This document shows, piece after piece, positions 55,659 through 64,000 of a stretch of DNA of 64,000 nt. The notes below the pieces were generated by a model. That model saw only the letters and a program-made list of their open reading frames with translations. It did no database searches and had not been told where the DNA came from. Source of the DNA: Candidatus Gottesmanbacteria bacterium. Lineage in GTDB: Bacteria > Patescibacteriota > Microgenomatia > UBA10105 > UBA927. A program made the translations under genes and the position numbers. Where the stretch lies: the NCBI GenBank assembly GCA_030679255.1, contig JAUXTO010000017.1:1925-65924 (forward strand), written 5' to 3'. Every line of letters begins with the position of its first letter. Position 1 is the first letter of the stretch.

Positions 55659-56954
55659 ATGAAAAAAAACCTGCTCATTTTTCTTTTGCCTTTTGCCGTT
55701 TTCCTTTTTCCGTCTCTGGTCTCCGCTCAGTCCCGCCTTACGTACCCTATCCCCGAACTCGGATATTGCCGTGACGCGAAGGAATGCTCCCTTTATTGCG
55801 AAATTCCCCAAAACAAAGCCACGTGCTGGAGTTATGGGAAGTACAAACTGGAAAGTAATGTTTTGGGAGTCACCACCATAAGTGTGGAAGAGAAGCAGAT
55901 GATGGAAACGAAAGCAAAAGAATACAATATCACTTTCCCCATCGTTGATTTAGGCAATTGTGCCGGACCGCAGGAATGCCGAGACTTCTGCGAAGAGTCG
56001 AGTAATCAAACAACCTGCATGGACTTTGCTAAAAAGAAAGGGTTCCAAAAAGAAGTCGGGCGTCCCGACGGAATGGATCCTAAAAAACGTACCGAACTCA
56101 TGGAAAAGGCTAAAACGGAATTGGGCTGCACGTCCATGGATTCATGTAAAAACATATGTGAAACCGATCAAACCCGTTGTGAAGCGTTTGCCAAAAAAAA
56201 CGGCATATACCAGGGGCCTCCTTCTCAAGAGAAAGAACGGTATAATCCTCAGGAAAAAATGAAACTTATTGACAACGCAAAAGTCGAACTTGGATGCACA
56301 TCCATGGAATCGTGTAAATCTGTCTGTGAGCAAAACCCCGAGCGCTGCATGAACTTTGCCAAAAAACATGGATTTGACCGTCCGGAGCTGCCTGAACGGC
56401 GAGAAAAACAAGAGGAAAATGATGAAATGAATGGCCCGGAAGAAATGGAGATAGAGAGCCGTAAAAAGGAATTCATGGCAGGAAAATGCGACAGTGATGA
56501 CTCATGTAAAAAGTACTGCCAAGAAAATCCCGATGAGTGTCCCGGATTCCGGGGTAACGATCGCAACAGCATCCAACAGCCGTCATCCGGCGTTCAATCA
56601 ATCGGCGGCATGAAAAATTATGTTGGTCCTTCCGGCTGCCGGACTGAAGCTGAATGCAAAAACTGGTGCACCGATCACCCGGAAAAATGTCCGGGGTTTA
56701 CCGAAGGCAAAATACGTGAAGAATCTTCCAAACGCGAGTATGAACTCAAGAAAAAACAAATAGAACAGAATCAAGAAACTCAAAAGCGGCAGTTTGAAAC
56801 GAATCGCGAGATGATGCAACAAAACTACGAGTATCGGCCCCCGAGCGGCGGATCACCAAGCTACCCCTCTACTTCGACACAGCCTGCATATACCGGCACC
56901 TCGCCATCCCAGGGAACTTACACACCGCCTTCCACACAGCCTGCTGCTCCATAA
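55659..56954 (+). CDS. secreted protein with six tandem 4-Cys repeat modules (C-x5-C-x3-C-x6-8-C-x2-FAKK-like)
   Basis: signal peptide; repeats e.g. LGCTSMDSCKNICETDQTRCEAFAKKNG / LGCTSMESCKSVCEQNPERCMNFAKKHG. Confidence 0.55.
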   Translation: MKKNLLIFLLPFAVFLFPSLVSAQSRLTYPIPELGYCRDAKECSLYCEIPQNKATCWSYGKYKLESNVLGVTTISVEEKQMMETKAKEYNITFPIVDLGNCAGPQECRDFCEESSNQTTCMDFAKKKGFQKEVGRPDGMDPKKRTELMEKAKTELGCTSMDSCKNICETDQTRCEAFAKKNGIYQGPPSQEKERYNPQEKMKLIDNAKVELGCTSMESCKSVCEQNPERCMNFAKKHGFDRPELPERREKQEENDEMNGPEEMEIESRKKEFMAGKCDSDDSCKKYCQENPDECPGFRGNDRNSIQQPSSGVQSIGGMKNYVGPSGCRTEAECKNWCTDHPEKCPGFTEGKIREESSKREYELKKKQIEQNQETQKRQFETNREMMQQNYEYRPPSGGSPSYPSTSTQPAYTGTSPSQGTYTPPSTQPAAP

Positions 56955-57016
56955 AGAAACACAGTTGTGGATCGAAACGTGCAAAAACTAGCTTCGCAAG
57001 GCCAGGCCTTGCGAAG

Positions 57017-57638
57017 CTAATATTTCGAATATATCAGCGATACTACTTCAAGCATTGCAACTGCGCTAATCATCACGCTCCATACGCTTACCCGCTGGAG
57101 AATAGTGTGAAAAAGAATAAGCCAGACGATGACATAGACAAACCGGTGGAGCCGTTTCCACCAGAGGCCAAGACGTCCGACACTCCAGTCGTTTGAGGTG
57201 ATAAACAGAAAAAATAACAAGGATAACGCGAGAGATCCGAACAATTCAAATAACGGCGCGCGACTGATAGGATACCATCCAAGCGCAATGCGGGCCACGA
57301 TTCGCACGAGCATCCCGTGGGTAAATGACAGGAGAAACGTGGTGATTCCCAATTGCCTCCGGTAAAACGTGAACACCCGAGTCACTTTTATCTGTATCCC
57401 GAAGCGACCCAATATGCCGGGAATAAGAACAACCGCAAGCATGGTGACCGCCGCTCTCCCCGACCAGACCCCCAGATTATACGCAAATGATGCATTGGGC
57501 GTCTGACGGATAATCTCTAAGCTCCCCCACACAAAAACCCAGAAAATGATGATATATGCCAAATAAAATAACCGATAGATAATGCGTTTTTCTTTTGCTG
57601 CTATCTGAAAAAATTTTTCCTGAAGATCTCTAACCATA
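57017..57638 (-). CDS. ferric-reductase-like transmembrane heme-binding protein (MsrQ/YedZ-like)
   Basis: 6 TM with conserved His pairs (SFTHGM, LFHTIL). Confidence 0.5.
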
Positions 57639-58907
57639 TCACCCTTCATGATACACCTTCCGGCGGAGTGGATTATGAAACACAAAAATAAACAACAACC
57701 ATGAGAGAAACACTATGGTAGCTCCGACCACGATTGGCATCTCCGGATTAAATTGGGCGGCAACCATCCCTGAAAGTATGGGTGGTATGGACTGCCCCAA
57801 CGCTTGGAGACTTGAATTAATTCCCATAATCTCTCCCTGTATGGATGCGTCAGCAGAACGGCTGATGAGACTTAACAGATTTGCGTACGTCAACCCGTTG
57901 TTGATAGCCAATACCGGCGCGACGAGTAGGAGTTGCCAGGATACGCGGGGCACAAAAAATAACATAAATGCAATCGCCGTCCCCAGCATGGTAAAACGGA
58001 GAATGTTCGACTCGCTCACCCGTGCACTTAATTTTCGTGTGATCACCGCTTGGGTGAACGCAATCCAAATCCCGAGATATGCAAAAAAATCCCCGATATT
58101 GCCCTGACTAAATCCGAACCGGCGGATAAGATACACGCTAAAAAATGCCGTCATAAATGAAAACCCGCTGGTATAGAGAAATGACACAGTAAAAAGTCCC
58201 CGCATACCCCGGGCGGTGAATGCCTGGAAAATATTATGAAATGATTGTGCCCACCGAATATGCAAGATCTTCTCAATAGACTCCCGTGTTTCTGGAAAAA
58301 AGAAGACAACGGAGAGAACATTCAAACCGCTTAGCATTGCTGCAAACCAAAACGGGGTCGCAGCACTAAACCAGGAAACCAGGGTGTGATCGGATAACTT
58401 GCCGCCCAGATACGGACCGATGATAAATCCCAGCCCAAACATGCTTCCGATGAGACCAAATGTTTTTGCGCGGTTTTGAGGGGTGGTCACGTCAGCGGCA
58501 GCAGCTTGTGCCACAGCAATATTTCCTCCCGTAATCCCATCGACCATCCGGGAGAAAAAAAGGAGGGGGATATTGCGCATAATGATACCTATGGCAAAAA
58601 TGCCATACGAAAGAAATGTCCCAAACAGCGAAAAGGCGAGAATTCTGCGTCTTCCGAAGACATCGGATAATTGACCCAATATGGGAGCTGCCAAAAACAT
58701 CATGAACGGATAGGAAGCCGTAAGAAATCCGAGAAGTACAAATCCCTGCTGCATGCTATAGCCGCCAGGAAGTAAATAATACGGCGACCGGGGATCCGCC
58801 AAAAGGAGTGGTATAACCGGAATAAGGATGCCAATCCCCAACATATCAACAAATATCGTGAAGAGAATAGCAAGAAGCGCGCGATTGGCACGTATTTTTT
58901 GAAACAT
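57639..58907 (-). CDS. MFS transporter
   Basis: 12 TM, GxLSDxxGRR motif (GQLSDVFGRRR). Confidence 0.85.
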   Translation of the reverse strand: MFQKIRANRALLAILFTIFVDMLGIGILIPVIPLLLADPRSPYYLLPGGYSMQQGFVLLGFLTASYPFMMFLAAPILGQLSDVFGRRRILAFSLFGTFLSYGIFAIGIIMRNIPLLFFSRMVDGITGGNIAVAQAAAADVTTPQNRAKTFGLIGSMFGLGFIIGPYLGGKLSDHTLVSWFSAATPFWFAAMLSGLNVLSVVFFFPETRESIEKILHIRWAQSFHNIFQAFTARGMRGLFTVSFLYTSGFSFMTAFFSVYLIRRFGFSQGNIGDFFAYLGIWIAFTQAVITRKLSARVSESNILRFTMLGTAIAFMLFFVPRVSWQLLLVAPVLAINNGLTYANLLSLISRSADASIQGEIMGINSSLQALGQSIPPILSGMVAAQFNPEMPIVVGATIVFLSWLLFIFVFHNPLRRKVYHEG

Positions 58908-58963
58908 AAAGAATATGGATGTTTATTATATCTCCCTCTTCTCTATTGTGATACAACGAACGT

Positions 58964-59752
58964 TTAATAAGGCTTGGTCAGAAGTCCATTAGATTTGGCA
59001 TACCGGAAGGTCCGGTAAAAAAAGATAACAGAGAGTATAAGATACACAGCATTGAGTGCCATCGATATCATGATATCGCCCGACCGGACCGGGGTACCTG
59101 ATATAATCGCACGCATCTGTTCAAAGAGATACATCGACGGAAAAGCCCGCGCCACCCACTGCGCCCAAACCGGCAGGGCGCTGAGCGGATAAAAGACACA
59201 GGAAAACGGCTGGAGGAGTACGGTCACTGCCCAGATAAAAACTTCCACCGTATGCCCATACCGGAGCACAAACGATTGAATAAAAAAGCTCACACTCCAT
59301 CCAAATATCATAAGTCCGGCCATGATACCGATGACCGGCCACCCTAGGAGGCTGATCTCAAATCCATAAAATATTTTTGACAAGACCAGCAGAAATATAC
59401 TTCCGATCACGAGTTTCACAAATGCAACCGTTAATACACCTGCAAGGTACTCGGTCAAGGTCAGCGGAGTAGAAAATAAATTTGGCAAATTCCGGCTCCA
59501 GAGTTCCTCGACCATAGACCGGGAAATGTCACGGCTTGCGCGGTCAAAAAAAGACCAAAAGATCGTACCGGCAAGAAACAAGAGGACAAAATTGACGGAT
59601 CCTTTGGACAATTGTGTGAGATAGGTGCTCAATAGTCCCCAGACAAATAAATTAAATGCGGGCCACCAAAACACGTCAAAGAGACGGAACATGTCCCGCT
59701 TGGTATCAAACCAAAACTTCACAATGATAGCCCACACACGCATGATGTTCAT
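58964..59752 (-). CDS. ABC-2 type transporter permease
   Basis: 6 TM, 262 aa, translationally coupled to the upstream ATPase. Confidence 0.75.
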   Translation of the reverse strand: MNIMRVWAIIVKFWFDTKRDMFRLFDVFWWPAFNLFVWGLLSTYLTQLSKGSVNFVLLFLAGTIFWSFFDRASRDISRSMVEELWSRNLPNLFSTPLTLTEYLAGVLTVAFVKLVIGSIFLLVLSKIFYGFEISLLGWPVIGIMAGLMIFGWSVSFFIQSFVLRYGHTVEVFIWAVTVLLQPFSCVFYPLSALPVWAQWVARAFPSMYLFEQMRAIISGTPVRSGDIMISMALNAVYLILSVIFFYRTFRYAKSNGLLTKPY

Positions 59753-60663
59753 ATGTTCCTCCGGGACTCGGCAATGAAATAATCTTCAAGCGTGGGTTTA
59801 TCAATCGTTATCTGACCGTACTGCACTCCTTTGTCTGCAAGCCCCGCAAGCAAATACGCAATGTCATCCTCGTCTACATCAATCGTCACGAACCTGCCAT
59901 TTGCCGTAACGGGAAATCCGGCGCGCTTGGCGTAGGCAATGGTGCGCTTTTGGCCGTCCGTCATCATGAGCTGAACCCGGGCCTTCCTGACTTTCTGCGC
60001 CAGACCCTCCGGCGTATCTTCCGCGACAATTTTTCCGTGGTTAATAAATAACACCCGGTCACATATTTCTTCAACTTCGGCCATGTTATGCGACGTGATG
60101 ATGACGCTTACCCCACGGTTTTTTGCGTCGAGAATATGCTTTCGCACCGTCACGGATATATCCGGATCCAAACTTGCCGTGGGCTCATCAAGGAGCAAAA
60201 TCTCGGGAGAGCTCAAAAATGCTTTACACATTTGTGCACGGGTTTTTTGGCCTGCAGAGAGCTTTTGGTATTCCTGCCCAAGTATCGATTCTATTCCCAT
60301 GGATTGAGCCCAAACGATGATGACCTGCCGGGGATTTTTTACCTGATAGAGCATCGCCATGATGAGCAAATTTTCCATGATGGTCATCCGGGGAACCATA
60401 TCCATATACGCGGAGGCAAAATTTACCCGTTGTAAAATCTTCTCCCGGTCTTGGGCATACCGCATGCCAAACATCGTCAAATCACCTGACGTCGGGGTTA
60501 TCAGATCAAGAAGCATAAAAAGTGTGGTCGTTTTTCCGGCACCGTTTGGGCCTAAAATACCCAATACTTCGCCTTCCTTCAGGGAAAAGGAAATGTGGTC
60601 AACAGCAGTAAATCCGCCGAAGGTCTTCGTTAACCCCCGCGTGGAGAGCACGATTTTGTCCAT
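59749..60663 (-). CDS. ABC transporter ATP-binding protein
   Basis: GPNGAGKTT, LSAGQ, LLLDEP, SHNM. Confidence 0.9.
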   Translation of the reverse strand: MDKIVLSTRGLTKTFGGFTAVDHISFSLKEGEVLGILGPNGAGKTTTLFMLLDLITPTSGDLTMFGMRYAQDREKILQRVNFASAYMDMVPRMTIMENLLIMAMLYQVKNPRQVIIVWAQSMGIESILGQEYQKLSAGQKTRAQMCKAFLSSPEILLLDEPTASLDPDISVTVRKHILDAKNRGVSVIITSHNMAEVEEICDRVLFINHGKIVAEDTPEGLAQKVRKARVQLMMTDGQKRTIAYAKRAGFPVTANGRFVTIDVDEDDIAYLLAGLADKGVQYGQITIDKPTLEDYFIAESRRNI

Positions 60664-60760
60664 AATAAAAACTCCTTACAAGTGTACCTTAACGGAAAAT
60701 CTCGAGTCGCAGCAGACGCAGAAGATGTTTCTGAGGTAATAATGATTATAGCATAAACCC

Positions 60761-61660
60761 TTACCAACTGCCACTGGCGCCACCTCCGCCGGAGCTTCCA
60801 CCCCCAAAGCCGCCGAACCCGCTACTCTTGCCACTCGTGCCTCCTCCCCAGAATCCACCTCCAGTCGACCACCAATCTGTGGGCTTTCCGGTCTCTTTAA
60901 GTGTTGTGTATCGTTTTGATAAAAAACTATCTAAAATGAATCCGAGGCCGCCCAATGCCCCTCCCGCAATTATTCCTGTTGTGAACGAAGGAAGAATGAG
61001 CCCGATCACCATGCCCAATCCCCCTCCCACCAGACCTCCCAACCAGATGCTTTTGCTGCGCGCCAGATATGAACAAAAATAGACAAATATCCCATGCAGG
61101 CAAAACAATGCGATAAGCACGATGACGACCATCAGATTGCTATAGGTATCATCCTGTTTGGTCGAAGCTGAACCCCCTCCCGTTACCGATCCCGAAAGTT
61201 GCCCTTCAATTGCACTGATGCCCGCTGAGATTCCGCCGGCATAATGAGTTTTTTTAAACTCCGGAGCGATCGTATTTCGTATGATCTCCCCTGCCTCTCC
61301 GTCGGTGAGAAGTGGCTCCAAGCCGTACCCCACTTCGATACGCATTTTGCGGTCGTCTATGGCAGCTAACAATAACACACCATTATCTTTTCCTTTTTTT
61401 CCTATCTTCCATGCCTCAAAAAGACGTACTGCTTTTTCTTCAATCGTGTCTCCATCAAGCGAACGGATAAGAGCAACGGCAATTTCGTTTCCGGATGATT
61501 CCTGGTAGGATAGAAGTGTATCTTCAATCGATTGTTTTTCGGTAGGGCTCAACACTCCGGTAACATCAGTAACATGACCCGTGGGGGCGGAAATCGTGGT
61601 GGCGGCAACTATGCGTACGGCAAAAATCGCAGAGGCGAACACCACAAAAAGTCGTGACAT
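60761..61660 (-). CDS. TPM-domain protein (YgcG-like) with TM and Gly-rich C-terminal tail
   Basis: signal peptide, TPM core (GHVTDVTGVLS...NGVLLLAAIDDRKMRIEVGYGLE), TM, GGxGG tail. Confidence 0.75.
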   Translation of the reverse strand: MSRLFVVFASAIFAVRIVAATTISAPTGHVTDVTGVLSPTEKQSIEDTLLSYQESSGNEIAVALIRSLDGDTIEEKAVRLFEAWKIGKKGKDNGVLLLAAIDDRKMRIEVGYGLEPLLTDGEAGEIIRNTIAPEFKKTHYAGGISAGISAIEGQLSGSVTGGGSASTKQDDTYSNLMVVIVLIALFCLHGIFVYFCSYLARSKSIWLGGLVGGGLGMVIGLILPSFTTGIIAGGALGGLGFILDSFLSKRYTTLKETGKPTDWWSTGGGFWGGGTSGKSSGFGGFGGGSSGGGGASGSW

Positions 61661-61669
61661 AGTGTGGGA

Positions 61670-62224
61670 TTAAAATTGGACTTTCGGAGATTCTTGACTT
61701 CCTTCGGTTGATTCAAAATATGCCCGACGGGAAAATCCGAAGATGCCAGCCAAGATATTGCCGGGGACCACCGAGAGCGACGTGTTGTAGCTTTGAACGA
61801 TTTCATTATATCTCCTGCGCTCGACAGCCACCCTATTTTCCGTACCGGCAAGTTCGTCCATGAGTCGGGCAACCGCTGTATCGCTTTTGAGCTCCGGATA
61901 ATTTTCCATGATGACGAGCAACCGTCCCAATGCGGACTCAAGTTGAGTAGCAGCTCCGGCTTTTTCATTGACTGTTGAGGCCCCGCTATAGCGCGTGCGC
62001 GCCTCGGCAATATCGCCGAAAACTTTCTGTTCCTGCTTCTGGAGACCCTTCACCGACTCGACGAGATTGGGGACGAGATCAAACCTGCGTTGGTACTGGA
62101 CCTCGACCTGTTTCCATTGGCCGTCTATCGCATTGCCCTGCGTCACAAATCCGTTATAACTGCCCACCAGCCATACACCGAGAAGGAGGACAACGCCGAC
62201 AATTGCAAGTGCTATTTTATTCAT
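61670..62224 (-). CDS. lemA: LemA family protein
   Basis: N-terminal TM, GSYNGFVTQGNAIDGQWKQVEVQYQRRFDLVPNLV. Confidence 0.85.
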   Translation of the reverse strand: MNKIALAIVGVVLLLGVWLVGSYNGFVTQGNAIDGQWKQVEVQYQRRFDLVPNLVESVKGLQKQEQKVFGDIAEARTRYSGASTVNEKAGAATQLESALGRLLVIMENYPELKSDTAVARLMDELAGTENRVAVERRRYNEIVQSYNTSLSVVPGNILAGIFGFSRRAYFESTEGSQESPKVQF

Positions 62225-62278
62225 ATCCAGTAGTCTACTATACCACATATTGTTTCGTCTGTACGCTCCAACACAATG

Positions 62279-63373
62279 TTAGACGTCAAAATATGTGAAC
62301 ACTTCTTGCAGGGCCTCAAGCCCTCGGGTAAGATTACCCCGAAGAAACTCGGAATCTTCGACACGTGAACGCTTTTTTCGAAGGTGAAGCTTGGATACGA
62401 GATATCGAAGCTTATATAATTCAAGTTTTTCTTTCCAGTCACCGAGTTTCTTCACTTCTTCGTACCCACGGACGAACCAACGCATCCGACGTTCACCATA
62501 AAAAAGATTATATGCAGCAAGTTCCATGATCGGATCGCCTCCCACACATTCGTCCCAATCCATCATCCCGGTGATTTGCTTCCCATCGGTCAATTGGTTC
62601 CAATCAGCAATGTCATTATGTATAAGAACCGGTGTTGCTCCAGTAAAAAGTGACGCATGACGATGAAATAATAATTCGATCGTTTTGCTTTGTGCAAACA
62701 AAATCGTTTGTGTATCGACAAGGAAAGCAAGATCTTCGGCAAGTGCCGCATGAATATGCTCCTCAAGTGCATCGTACTGCCCTACCAATTTTCCTTCCTT
62801 TTTTGCGATATCGTTACGGAAAAATCCAAAACCCTCCGGCTTGACCGAATGAATGAGAGCTGCGTACCGGCCGGTTTGTATCACTAACGTTTCTTCAAGA
62901 TTCATGGGCATCGGCAGCAATTCTTGTATGGATTTTCCCTTCTCCCTCGTCATTATCATATAGTCAAAAGGAACGTCCCCGCGCGTATCATCAACGACTA
63001 TGGTGGCATACGTCGGGACGCCTGAAGCTTTAGCGAGTTTGGTGGCAAGTGCTTCTACCCAAAAGTAACCATTTTTGACTTCAGGCGGATGCATACGAAT
63101 GACGATAGTACGACCGCTCTTGAGCCTAATCGGTACGGCGGTATTGACGGATCCCAAAGCGAGGATGGGGTCGCTCGCGGCAACGATTGTATCGTCTCCG
63201 GAAAATCCTGCCTTCTTCATGCCCGCTGAAACCGCCAGCAGGAGCAACGCGTCATTCAGTCGCGCGTGTCGTGTGAGAAAAATATCCTTTTGCTGCTCGG
63301 CCGTAATCCTCCGGTTCGTCTGCCAATAGAACATGTTCGTGCGATCAGTTAGATCAAGAATAGGTACAGTCAT
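62279..63373 (-). CDS. phosphotransferase (APH/CotS-like kinase) family protein
   Basis: LIHNDIADWN (HxDxxxxN) and MMDWDE (DxD). Confidence 0.6.
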   Translation of the reverse strand: MTVPILDLTDRTNMFYWQTNRRITAEQQKDIFLTRHARLNDALLLLAVSAGMKKAGFSGDDTIVAASDPILALGSVNTAVPIRLKSGRTIVIRMHPPEVKNGYFWVEALATKLAKASGVPTYATIVVDDTRGDVPFDYMIMTREKGKSIQELLPMPMNLEETLVIQTGRYAALIHSVKPEGFGFFRNDIAKKEGKLVGQYDALEEHIHAALAEDLAFLVDTQTILFAQSKTIELLFHRHASLFTGATPVLIHNDIADWNQLTDGKQITGMMDWDECVGGDPIMELAAYNLFYGERRMRWFVRGYEEVKKLGDWKEKLELYKLRYLVSKLHLRKKRSRVEDSEFLRGNLTRGLEALQEVFTYFDV

Positions 63374-63377
63374 GGGG

Positions 63378-63944
63378 TTATGTTGGGAATAGACGTCTCC
63401 AAGCGTGCCAAATATTCATACGAAGCCGCATCACCGGAGAGATGCGACCTCCTTCAAGAGGAATGCGAATCTCGAGATAAAGCTTCTGGAGATGACGCAA
63501 AAGACACAAAAAAAGTTCATCTTTTCCTTCTGTTTTACTCCGGCAAATGTGATGATGCGCCCCGATGGCAACCGTCTGAATCGGCACCGTAAGTGTAATG
63601 CCTGCCATATCGTTTCGATCCAGAGTGCCGTCTTCGTTATGCGCCGCTTCCACCTGCATGGCCGCATACCGGGCTTCTAGTTTATCCTCACTATATTGCC
63701 GATAACGCATAGCAATTAGCTTGTCCCAAAGATCCAAATACTGTTTTTCGATCCCGTATCCGGCAAGGGTCTCCCTATGCAGCTTCGGAATTTCATCGCG
63801 GACTAATGAAAAAAATTTTCCCATCTCCTCGACGGTTCGAAGGTCTTTTGCATCAAGCGTGAGCATAATAAGCGTAATGGTCGCCACCACGAGCTCATTG
63901 AATACCCGATCTTGTTCGATTTTCTCCAAATTTTCAAACCCCAC
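63378..63944 (-). CDS. hypothetical protein
   Basis: 188 aa ORF, no motif; an upstream in-frame ATG exists at 63985. Confidence 0.3.
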   Translation of the reverse strand: MGFENLEKIEQDRVFNELVVATITLIMLTLDAKDLRTVEEMGKFFSLVRDEIPKLHRETLAGYGIEKQYLDLWDKLIAMRYRQYSEDKLEARYAAMQVEAAHNEDGTLDRNDMAGITLTVPIQTVAIGAHHHICRSKTEGKDELFLCLLRHLQKLYLEIRIPLEGGRISPVMRLRMNIWHAWRRLFPT

Positions 63945-64000
63945 AAGCTTTCGAAATGTTTTATCTTCATATATCCGAAATGCAAAATTGCTTGCAGCCT

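Overview
This 64 kb window reads as a chromosomal segment of a small-genome bacterium, possibly Patescibacteria/CPR-like. That assignment is an inference from gene content: four-helix-bundle (23S-IVS type) protein, DUF5674/DUF5678-like small proteins, PEGA and VanW proteins, and compact overlapping genes. About 60 protein genes use the standard genetic code.

Housekeeping content:
- a partial UvrD/PcrA helicase that runs off the window start on the minus strand, so it is absent from the ORF track
- RmuC, MetRS, TatD, GroES/GroEL, TsaD, ValRS, Fe/Mn SOD, a PP2C phosphatase and two tandem class-A PBPs
- an envelope glycan cluster (two GT2, a GT39/83-like, a WecA/MraY-like and a UbiA-family prenyl-phosphoribose-transferase-like gene)
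- an arginine-type operon (argG, P-loop protein, atypical carbamoyltransferase, argH, M20 deacylase, YgeW-like carbamoyltransferase) behind a sigma70-like promoter and a long structured, terminator-containing leader
- MFS and ABC-2 transporters, a TPM/LemA pair and an APH-like kinase

The most unusual region is an about 5.4 kb accessory island between tsaD and valS. It carries three tandem, diverged copies of an overlapping two-gene module: a small about 100 aa partner plus an AbiEii-like nucleotidyltransferase. Around them sit two copies of a GHKL-ATPase N-terminal remnant with the same in-frame TAG, a duplicated tsaD 3'-end fragment that looks like an att-site scar, a 72 bp MITE-like element with 20 bp terminal inverted repeats identically inserted in two of the three module leaders, and a conserved bidirectional promoter region carrying a (CT)n tract of 5, 6 and 8 units.

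The window is also peppered with short tandem repeats and hairpin elements, several inserted in-frame in housekeeping genes: GTCAAAA heptamers, TTAGGGAAT-type 9-mers, ATTGGATAA 8-mers, and a roughly 64 bp two-hairpin element with compensatory changes. GroES carries a Cys-rich insertion in its roof loop.

No rRNA, tRNA or CRISPR array was recognised. All calls rest on reading motifs by eye. No database search was possible, and several start codons are best guesses.
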